Part shown: piece by piece, positions 1 through 8,500 of the stretch
Numbering within the stretch: position 1 is the first letter of the stretch
Layout of the letters: each line of letters begins with the position of its first letter
Source: a virus
DNA length: 64,000 bases
Strand: one strand, 5' to 3'
IMG/VR virus record: IMGVR_UViG_3300048817_000084
Translations under genes and position numbers: made by a program
The notes under the pieces: generated by a model
What the model saw: the letters and a program-made list of their open reading frames with translations, nothing else
Told to the model about the DNA's origin: nothing
Databases searched by the model: none

Positions 1-116
1 CGGTTTGCACCGGCTCTAAGCCGTTAATCGATTTCTAATACGACTGCAGCGCGCTAAGACTTCAACAAGCCGAACAATCTAGGCGATTCAATACGTTTAG
101 GAAGGGAATAGCATCC

Positions 117-875
117 ATGTCACATGTCACTCCACACATCTACCGCGGCTTCAATGTCCGCTTCGACGAGCTTGAGCCGCAGAACGCAATCACTATGAGC
201 AAATCCACCTGGGCAGCCCTTGAACAGCTGGAGAGCGGCTCGGAAGAGCATATTGCCAAGCGCTACCAAGTGAAAGCTAAGTCCAAGTTTGCAAGCCTTG
301 AGCACCACGCGCTCGATTCCACCCACGCGACTGAAGCCGAAGCCAAAGCGCGCGCCCGCACGCTCAAAGATGCCGGCTATGAAACCGAAGTTGTGCCGCC
401 GACTGCAGCCGAAGAGCCGCCGCTGTCATATGCGCGCTACCGGGTGCAGACACGAGTGAATTCATCCGCACCATACGTTTACGATTCCTCGTTCGCCGAA
501 GAGGGCGATGCGCAGGGGCATGCACGCGATCTGGAAAGCAAGGATTTGGACACACAAATCATCGACGGCAATACCGGCAGCGTGGTCCAGAATGTCTATT
601 CCGATGGCACGGCGATTGTGCCGGAAGCAGATGAGACTGCGAATTCATGGTCCCCTGAAGCGAGCCATGCTGGAGGGCTGCCTGAGCATCCCGTGTGGGC
701 ATCGCTCAGGCAGCCTGAGCATCCCGTGATCGCCAACCAGCCGCCTGCACAGAGCACATCTCCGAACCCAGCAGACAATGTCGGCACGGTCGAGCATGGT
801 GGCAGCGTACCAGCTGAAACACCTGATCATGAATGGTTGCGGAAGGAAGCCGAAGCCAAGAAAGCGCATGCGTGA
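117..875 (+). CDS. hypothetical acidic protein (252 aa)
   Basis: Long ATG ORF. First of a run of + genes linked by 4-nt overlaps. No domain recognised. Confidence 0.55.
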   Translation: MSHVTPHIYRGFNVRFDELEPQNAITMSKSTWAALEQLESGSEEHIAKRYQVKAKSKFASLEHHALDSTHATEAEAKARARTLKDAGYETEVVPPTAAEEPPLSYARYRVQTRVNSSAPYVYDSSFAEEGDAQGHARDLESKDLDTQIIDGNTGSVVQNVYSDGTAIVPEADETANSWSPEASHAGGLPEHPVWASLRQPEHPVIANQPPAQSTSPNPADNVGTVEHGGSVPAETPDHEWLRKEAEAKKAHA

Positions 876-1108
876 GTGAAGATCCAGACGCACCCTTGCC
901 CGAAAAGGTGCAGGGCTATATAGATCGCCTGAAGCCTCCCGCCGGGGATAACATTTACGTCTTGGATGCGATCTTGGCGGATATCGAGGCGGAGCCGCGC
1001 GGAAGCACTTGTTTGTCGCTGCAAATGAACGCAATCGGCAATGTGGCCCAGATTCTACTGGAAAAGGCTGTCGCCAAAATGCCCAATCTGTATCGGGAGT
1101 ACCCATGA
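872..1108 (+). CDS. hypothetical protein (78 aa)
   Basis: In-frame GTG at 872 overlaps the upstream TGA (GTGA). The ORF track's ATG at 833 would overlap the previous gene by 43 nt. Confidence 0.45.
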   Translation: MSEDPDAPLPEKVQGYIDRLKPPAGDNIYVLDAILADIEAEPRGSTCLSLQMNAIGNVAQILLEKAVAKMPNLYREYP

Positions 1109-1260
1109 GAACCGTCAATGACGACAAGCTAACCCTTTACAGGCATGAAAGGTTGCCCCTCTGGTTCGTGCGAAACCCGTTCTATTGGGGCGGCGTCCAG
1201 CACGCCCAGTTTGATTCTTTTGAGGATGCGCGCCGCGTGTTATGTGGGAACATCACATGA
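1105..1260 (+). CDS. hypothetical protein (51 aa)
   Basis: ATG at 1105 forms an ATGA overlap with the upstream stop. Translation begins MRTVNDDKLTLYRHERLPLWF. Confidence 0.45.
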   Translation: MRTVNDDKLTLYRHERLPLWFVRNPFYWGGVQHAQFDSFEDARRVLCGNIT

Positions 1261-1397
1261 ATCACCTGGATTGCATAGTCAGCTTTTTCGTTGGGGTAGC
1301 GCTCGGATCGTTCGCGACGGCCCAGATAATTATCCGGGTGGTCGATAAGTGGCGCAAGAAGGGATACGAGATTACCTGGAGGGGGCAGCCATTTTGA
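1257..1397 (+). CDS. small single-pass membrane protein (46 aa)
   Basis: Below the ORF-track size cutoff. ATGA overlap at 1257. Translation MNHLDCIVSFFVGVALGSFATAQIIIRVVDKWRKKGYEITWRGQPF has one hydrophobic helix. Confidence 0.4.
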   Translation: MNHLDCIVSFFVGVALGSFATAQIIIRVVDKWRKKGYEITWRGQPF

Positions 1398-1624
1398 ATC
1401 GCCGTTCGTTCCTCTCCCTGCTCGCCGGATCTGCGGCCGCATCAACCACGGCTTATTTTCTATCACCGATCGGTGGGTGGCATAGCGATGTAATCGTCAA
1501 CCCCTATGATCTGCCCCTCGCATCTCGCCAGCACGCCGCATTGGATAGGGCCGCATTGGATAGGGCCATGCGCGTACTCAATGAGTATTTCGAAGCTACG
1601 AAACACCGTAGTTTTGAAGTATGA
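1394..1624 (+). CDS. small protein with Tat-like signal (NRRSFLSLLAGSAAAS)
   Basis: TTG at 1394 overlaps the upstream TGA (TTGA). The N-terminus has a twin-arginine motif followed by a hydrophobic stretch. Confidence 0.4.
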   Translation: MNRRSFLSLLAGSAAASTTAYFLSPIGGWHSDVIVNPYDLPLASRQHAALDRAALDRAMRVLNEYFEATKHRSFEV

Positions 1625-2097
1625 AGACTAAACCATTTTCCGAATCCGGTGGCCTTTTGCGCAAAGAAAGTCCTCGGGTATGCTCGCGTCCACGAGCTGC
1701 AATCGTAGCTCTTCGCTGGTGGTACTGGCGTTCCCGATTACGACCACTGGTCGACGAGCTTCGCAGCCTTCCATGGCGCATCGCATTGGCCACTGACCTA
1801 CCTGCCGACGCGATAGGGCTTCAAATGCCATTCCCTGAAGGCGTCGAGAAACTAGGTCTGCACGAGCGCTACCAACGTGCTGGCATCTTGGGCATAGAAG
1901 GTCTAGCTCTGGGTAGCCGATGGTGGGGTCCGAGAGACACATCCGTAGCGTTTCAAGCGTTTCGGCTAGGAGCCATGTGCGTTCTGGACAACGAGGATGC
2001 CGCAAAGCATGACGAATTGCAGCAGAACGCGCAAGCGCTGCTGGTAGAGAAGAGAGCGGGGTTGATTCAGTGCAGCGTAGCAGCGTGCGCCAAGTGA
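1621..2097 (+). CDS. hypothetical protein (158 aa); coding strand ambiguous
   Basis: ATGA overlap with the upstream gene. By a hand count, third-position GC favours + in the 3' half. The antisense ORF 1628-2113 (CxxC...CxxxC) scores better in the 5' part. Confidence 0.3.
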   Translation: MKTKPFSESGGLLRKESPRVCSRPRAAIVALRWWYWRSRLRPLVDELRSLPWRIALATDLPADAIGLQMPFPEGVEKLGLHERYQRAGILGIEGLALGSRWWGPRDTSVAFQAFRLGAMCVLDNEDAAKHDELQQNAQALLVEKRAGLIQCSVAACAK

Positions 2098-2398
2098 GTC
2101 GGATCGGCATCAAGGGACATGGGCTTTGGCTTGGGGAAGATGGAGTATGGCGGTTTGAAGATATGGCTACTTACGTCTGTAGTCGCTCAAGTCAAGTTGC
2201 CGTTGGGTTAAAAACTCGAAGTCGTCTTGAGCTGGATGCACCATCTCGCCGGTCTTGGGGCATTGGATTGGTCTCCAGAATGCCAGCACAAATGTCCCGC
2301 TTGGTAATCCAGCTTGGCCAGTGGAGAGTTTTCCGGAATTAGCGCGATTCTGTATTTCAGGCGGCCAAACGCAACCTCGTGATATTTCTTGTTCTCCA

Positions 2399-4636
2399 TT
2401 GAAAACACTCCTATTTGCACTGCTGATTATAGTGGCATCGACCGCGTTCGCTGGAACTGTGACCGGACCCCTACAGGGACCATCCGGTCTGCCGGTCAAG
2501 AATGCAACCCTGACGTTCCAATTGCAACAGAGCGGTCTGCTTGTCGGCACCGGCAACATCGCCCAGCTAACAAGTCAGTGCTATACCAGCACAGATGGCA
2601 CAGTCGTAGGCCTGCCCAACCCTTTGCAATTCCCGACCACAACGACCAGTGTAACCAGCACGCTGCCCAGTGGCATCTACTTTATCGAGTACACGTTTTA
2701 CAATTCTGCTGGCGAGTCATTACCGTCCCCTGAATTCAGAATCCAGACGGTAACCCTGCAATCGATCTTAGTGTCGCCACCCGTATCATTCCCGGCAAAT
2801 GCGACTGGCATCAAGGTTTACATTGGCACAGCAAGCGGTGCAGAGACGCTGCAGGGCACCACTACCAGCGCGACAGCACAATACACGCAATCTGTCCCGC
2901 TGGTTACAGGAGCTAATCCACCAGGGAGCAATACGTCACCATGCACAATCGCATTCAACGACACCATCATTCCGTATCAGGGCTACAACGTCTCATTGAC
3001 CAGCTCAAGCGGCAACGCTTATCCAGGATGGCCGCAAGCATGGCAACTCAACGGCGGGCTTTCTGGCACAGTGAACGTATCGGCGGGGGCCCCGCTATGG
3101 AATGGGACGGTGATCTACCCAATGCCGATCCTTTCGCAGCCCCTGAATCATGGACCGCAGAGTATCTCCGGACCGCTCGACTTTGGTGGGTACAACGTAA
3201 CGAACATGGGCAACACGACCTCGTGCTCGGTGAATGGAACGGTCAACGTTGAGTCGAGCTGCTTCGCCAGCTATCTCGACCTGGGCGCGAAGGTCACCGC
3301 GGCGCTGGCGTCATGCGGCAGTCAGTGTGAACTCTACATTCCGGCCGGCAGCTATTCATACACAACGTCTATTTCGCTGCCCTTGAACATCTTCGGCACC
3401 TACAAGTTGACCGGCTCTCCTGGCACGGTAATCAGCTATACGGGCACAAATGATGCGATTGTTACCCCAATTGGCACCAATGGACCCGGCGATTCGCAAC
3501 TGATCATTGAAGGCTTTCAGGTCAACGGTACAGCGTCGGCAACCAGCGGCATCCATACGTATCCGACCAACCGGATCACAATTCGCAACATGCTGATCCA
3601 GGGATTCGCGGCAGGAGATGGAATCAGGGTTGAGGGCACAAACAGCTCAAACATCTACGACAACCTGATCACGAATAACCTAAACGGGATTCACCTGATC
3701 CCGACCATCTGCAACGCGTCCTACCCTTATACCTGCAGTTCTACCGGATCGGGCCCCAACATCTTCACGCCGAACGCGATGCACATCCACGACAACCAGA
3801 TTGTGGTCAACAGCAACTGGTGCATCTGGAATGACCGCAACAGCAACCCAGGCGGCTTGACCGGATCGCTCAACAACAGCTATCGTGACAACGACTTAGA
3901 GCACTGCGGCACCAGCCCCAACGGCGGATCAATCTACGATATGCATTCGCGGGGCACGATCATCGATGGGAACTACTTCGAAGCTTCACCGCACCAGATC
4001 GTGCTCGGTGAAGCAGGCGCGGGCTCGGCACTGAATACGGCTGGGGCGAACGTGATCAACAACTACTTCACGACTTCGCCACCGATAGCGCCTGCAACCA
4101 AGCAGTATGAAATCGAGCTGCAGAACGTAGTCGATACGCGGATGGAGGGCAACTCAGAGCTTGGCACCGCGGGAATCGGAGGAGCAACAAACTGCTTTAT
4201 CAACTCTCTAGTCGGTGGGGAGACGCGCACGTTTCTGGGGCGCAACGCCATCTTCCAAAACTCGACCGATGGTTCAGGCAATCAGATTTGCTCGGCTGGA
4301 GCGGGCGTGCTGACCTTTCTTGGTGCGGGCTCGACTACACTCAGGGCTTTGGGCTTCCTCGGATATATGGGCGACCAGTTTTTTCAGATCAACACTGCGG
4401 TCACAACTGAATCGGTGGGGATTCAGACCATGACCATTAATGGTTCGTGCCAGCTTGCACGCAGCACAGGCGACAGCGCTGCTATCAATGCAGGCGCAAC
4501 CTCAATTCTGGCTAACACTTCCAAGGTGACGGCCGTATCGGCTGGGGGAATTACGGTGGTCCATCCTTCAGGCACGGCGATGACATACGACATCATCTGC
4601 GAAGACAATCCAACCGGATCTTACGGATTCCCATGA
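2399..4636 (+). CDS. exported parallel beta-helix protein, tailspike/depolymerase-like (745 aa)
   Basis: TTG start gives the signal peptide MKTLLFALLIIVASTAFA/GTV. The N-terminal part resembles a carboxypeptidase-regulatory-like domain. It carries an FTN-GES-type module (YFIEYTFYNSAGESLPS) and beta-helix repeats (NRITIRNMLIQGFAAGDGIRVEGTNSSNIYDNLITNN). Confidence 0.75.
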   Translation: MKTLLFALLIIVASTAFAGTVTGPLQGPSGLPVKNATLTFQLQQSGLLVGTGNIAQLTSQCYTSTDGTVVGLPNPLQFPTTTTSVTSTLPSGIYFIEYTFYNSAGESLPSPEFRIQTVTLQSILVSPPVSFPANATGIKVYIGTASGAETLQGTTTSATAQYTQSVPLVTGANPPGSNTSPCTIAFNDTIIPYQGYNVSLTSSSGNAYPGWPQAWQLNGGLSGTVNVSAGAPLWNGTVIYPMPILSQPLNHGPQSISGPLDFGGYNVTNMGNTTSCSVNGTVNVESSCFASYLDLGAKVTAALASCGSQCELYIPAGSYSYTTSISLPLNIFGTYKLTGSPGTVISYTGTNDAIVTPIGTNGPGDSQLIIEGFQVNGTASATSGIHTYPTNRITIRNMLIQGFAAGDGIRVEGTNSSNIYDNLITNNLNGIHLIPTICNASYPYTCSSTGSGPNIFTPNAMHIHDNQIVVNSNWCIWNDRNSNPGGLTGSLNNSYRDNDLEHCGTSPNGGSIYDMHSRGTIIDGNYFEASPHQIVLGEAGAGSALNTAGANVINNYFTTSPPIAPATKQYEIELQNVVDTRMEGNSELGTAGIGGATNCFINSLVGGETRTFLGRNAIFQNSTDGSGNQICSAGAGVLTFLGAGSTTLRALGFLGYMGDQFFQINTAVTTESVGIQTMTINGSCQLARSTGDSAAINAGATSILANTSKVTAVSAGGITVVHPSGTAMTYDIICEDNPTGSYGFP

Positions 4637-5115
4637 TTACAATCAATAAGAGCGCCACTGCCGACACCAGAACTTGCGACTTCGCGAACACCAGCAAGGA
4701 GACCCTGCTCGAAAGCAGCATCCAGCACATTCACGACGTGCGCGCAGCCTTGGACTTGTTTCGGTTCCTGATCGCCGAGCGGGCAAAATATCACGATCTA
4801 GATAAGATTTCCGACATCGACGGCTTTCACCGCGACTTCCTGACCGGGTTCAAGCAAACCGAGTGGTGGGACGCGCACCGCAAGATCAACCGGCATCACC
4901 TTTTGCAACCAGACGGGGTGCCTAGTGACGTGAACCTGATTGACGTGCTGGACATGATTGCGGATTGCGTGATGGCAGGCATGGCGCGCTCAGGGTCGGT
5001 CTATCCCCTAGACATCCCGACCGAAGTTCTTGTCCGGGCCTTCCAAAACACCGTAGAGTTGCTCAATGCCAACGTGGCAGTAGCCAGCGAGGGAATAGCT
5101 ACCTCGTCAAGGTGA
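4633..5115 (+). CDS. cytoplasmic HD-motif protein, DUF5662-like by eye (160 aa)
   Basis: ATGA overlap with the upstream gene. No signal peptide. Motifs HIHDV...YHDLDKIS...WWDAHRKINRHH. Family assignment is from memory. Confidence 0.55.
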   Translation: MITINKSATADTRTCDFANTSKETLLESSIQHIHDVRAALDLFRFLIAERAKYHDLDKISDIDGFHRDFLTGFKQTEWWDAHRKINRHHLLQPDGVPSDVNLIDVLDMIADCVMAGMARSGSVYPLDIPTEVLVRAFQNTVELLNANVAVASEGIATSSR

Positions 5116-5136
5116 TTCGCTAAGCCCTCCAACATC

Positions 5137-5529
5137 TTGCGCAAACTCCTCCTCGCTCTTCTGGCGATCGCATTGCTGTGCCCAAAAGTGCAGGGACAGT
5201 CTACCTGGGAGTTTGATCACAAGACGTATTCGTTTGATCCTACCGACCTGCATTGTGGCCCGCTGCGGTATGCGGTCATGCAACCAATGTGCGATGGATG
5301 CTTGGGTGATCCGGTGTTCGCCTGCCAATCGGAGCCCGGTCTATCGCTCATCGACGTCGCATTGCAGGAGACAAAGTGGGTTGTGGACTGTCTTGCGGAG
5401 CCGTGCAAGCCACCCGCGAATCAGCCGCCGCCGCAATGGGTAGCCGCGTTTCCGTCACCACCAGAAGAGCTGACATATATTGCCGATCCCGCGACTGCGG
5501 GCGAGCTCGTATACCGGAATCTACACTGA
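5137..5529 (+). CDS. exported Cys-rich small protein (130 aa)
   Basis: TTG start. Signal peptide MRKLLLALLAIALLCPKVQG/QS. Several Cys in the mature part. Shares a 23-nt identical signal-peptide stretch with the gene at 19168. Confidence 0.6.
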   Translation: MRKLLLALLAIALLCPKVQGQSTWEFDHKTYSFDPTDLHCGPLRYAVMQPMCDGCLGDPVFACQSEPGLSLIDVALQETKWVVDCLAEPCKPPANQPPPQWVAAFPSPPEELTYIADPATAGELVYRNLH

Positions 5530-8500
5530 AGAAACTCCTGGGGGTCCTGATCCTTCTGCTTTGCTCTGCACCCATGCAGGGACAGAACGTCGAAGGCCAG
5601 GTCATCGCAAGTCAGTATCAGTACAAGGTCGCAGGCTACGCGCCAAATACCTACTCATGGCCAGGTGGCACCTGCAATGCATCTGGACCGCTGAAGCAGT
5701 TTGCTTTCTGGGCTCCTCCCTCCGGAGCTGCCGCACCTGTAACGATCGTGGACGGCTCCCCGGCGCTGACTGAGACCGTCACGCCCACCGCAGTTCTTGA
5801 CAACAACCAAACCTGCGCTATCTCGATCGCTGCGGTCAATTCCCACCAGGTGCCGTTCTTCATTCAGTCAGGCACGGGCGGCTTGCAGGAAGCGTTAAAC
5901 CAGAACATGACTACGCCAGCCACCAACACTGTGATCTTGAACAGCGCGTGGTACCAGAGCGTGGGTACAGCGAATGCGCAGGCGGTTATCGCGGCGGCAA
6001 AGGGCAGCATAGAGCTTGGCCTGGTCGACGTAACCACGGTGCCGACCAGCTACTACTCGTGGAACGGCACGCAGTACATCGCAGTAGCCGCGGGCGGTGG
6101 GGCAAGCGCACCTGCAACCACGCTGGTCTACAAGGGCACTGGCGGACCGAACGGCATCATCCCTGCAACCCCTGGCGTCGACTATGTAATCCCTTCGGGC
6201 TCGATCACCGGCAACGCAGGCACCGCAACCAATGTTGCATACACCGGTCTGACGGGCCCAGTCACGATATGGAACCAGAACACCACCGGGTTAGCCGCAA
6301 CCGCGAGCGCGTTAGCTGCAGCAGGGACGCCATGCATTATCGGCTATGCTGGCACGGGCGTTGATGTTCATGGCAACTCGCTAAACTGCCAAGCTATTGG
6401 AAGCGGAGGAGGCGGCGGCGGTCCCGGGAGCGCATTGCAACTCGGCGCTTACCTGACCTCCGGCAACACGGTCTCTGGCGCGCCTGGGCTCTATGCATTA
6501 CAGCCAACCACGACACTGCTGCAAGCGAACGCCTTCTTTGCTGCGGCTCCCAGCGGCACGACCACGGCGATTCTTCCTCAGGGCATGGCGCAGCTGCCCT
6601 TTACTAACAATTCAGTGCACACGAAGGACCTCCGCCAGGGCGCGGACTATCTGCAGATTTCGCAATTCGGCGTCGTCTGCGATGGTGGGCAGACGCCCTT
6701 AACTGTATCGCTGACCGCAGGCTCCAATTTGGTAAGCGTGGGTTCGCTGATCGGAGCGGTAACGGATATCGGCAAGACGATGACTTTCACCGTGCAGACT
6801 GGCTACGGGTACCAGTCTCCGCAGTATTCGTGGACGCCCACGATCACGGCCTATACCTACCCCAACTTTTCACTTTCATCGAATGCGCCGTTCAACTTCA
6901 GCGGCTTCGCGCAACTGGGCACCGACAACTCCGCTCCCAACGCCGGCAATCCCGGGGGTGTGTCGAATATCCAGAATGCGATGAATAGCGCAGGCGGATC
7001 GCCACTGAGCATCCCTGTGGGCTGCAGAATGCTGGTCGCCCAGCCAATCGCATGGAACAACGGGCAGTCGCTCATCGGCCAGCAGGCGCAATTTGGCGGG
7101 TTTATTGGCGGCCCGGGGCAGGACATCCTACAGCAGCCGGACGCGTCAGGTCAGGGCAAGGCAACTGCTGCAGGCCTGCGTGTCGAGGATGTTGGCTTCA
7201 CGCTTGATTCGGGCGTTGACCCCACGGGCATAGTTGGTGGACCGTGGACCAGCTACAACGCAGCCGGAACGCCGACCGTCCATACGCCGCTCTATCGCCC
7301 GCTTTACCAGCACACTCCGCTGGCAAATCAACCATGCGCGCCCGGGTGGGTACTGAATTGCACCAACGGTGTGGCCAGCACGGCACAGAACTCCTCGGTC
7401 ATCTGCGTACCCACCGCGCTTGGCCGTGTGCCCGCAGTTGGGCAGACGATTATGTTTCCGTACTTCACCACGATATTCACGGCGACGGTCTCAAGTAACA
7501 CGGGTGCTGGATGCTCGGCAGGGTTCACAGGCACAACGCTTTCGACTGCGCTGCCCAACACATCTGGGTACACGGTCGCGCAGGCAGAATGGTTCACCGG
7601 CACAGCGATACAAAGCACCACAACTACGATCCCGACCACGATCACGTATCCCCTGACTTTGACCCTGACGCTGTCGACCGCGCCGATCCCGGGCTTTGAG
7701 TCGAACTTCGCGCAGCATGGGCACATCAAAGTATGCGGCATCGAAGCCGATTACATGGGGAGCAATTCGTACGGCCCGTACACGGCCATCCTTCGCCGCG
7801 GCCCTGCGACCTCTGCCGGCTGTTCGGGCACCACGGTGATTGCGCCGATGAATCCGTGCCCGGCGAAGAACCTGTTTGGGAGCTCGTCCGATCAGCCGTG
7901 GCCCGTCATCCCATCGATCAACACCAACGACTCGACTCCGTCGGGCGCGAACTGGTTCCCAGGTGAATGCGGCGGTGCAGCAGCGCTGTCGTTCCCCACC
8001 GCCAACGCTCAGACCTTTGCGAACACTGGGCTGACGAACTCTTTCCTCGAGCACCTCTACTTCGGGACGACGCAGATACAGAACACGAATGGCACGCAAG
8101 ACTTCTACTCTGCTTCCAATGCCGTCCCCTACGCCGTGGACATGGGTGGGTTCAACTCGAATGGCGTGATGTTTGGGATCATGCAGGGCGCCGCATCTGC
8201 TGGGCAGCATTATATCGGTCCTGTCGGCCCGACAGGCACGGGAAACCACATCCATGACATGTCATTCCGGGGAGCCTATCCGCTGGCCCTGGTCGACTTC
8301 CAGCAAAGCTTCATCGCCCGCCTGGACAACTACAGCACCGAGATTTCGCCTTATGACGGCACCGCAGTCGGCGCGACGACCTGTCTTTATCAGGGCTACA
8401 CGCTGGATGAGCAGACCGGAAGCCTTGTGACTTTTAATGCGCAGAATCAGACCACTGTGGCCGCCTGCGAACCGGAGAACGGGTCTCACATCGAAGTAAA

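Noticed and set aside
680-728. 16-nt direct repeat (gcctgagcatcccgtg at 680-695 and 713-728) in the first gene.
   Set aside because: It simply encodes a duplicated PEHPV peptide inside a low-complexity region. It is too short and isolated to suggest a functional site.
7491-8255. 254-aa minus-strand ORF, and many similar ones (for example 7328-7741, 8580-8879, 9816-10217), inside the giant fibre-like gene.
   Set aside because: They are Arg/Gly/Pro-rich antisense translations of a GC-rich coding region. They have no start-site context and lie entirely inside a far longer, domain-bearing + ORF.
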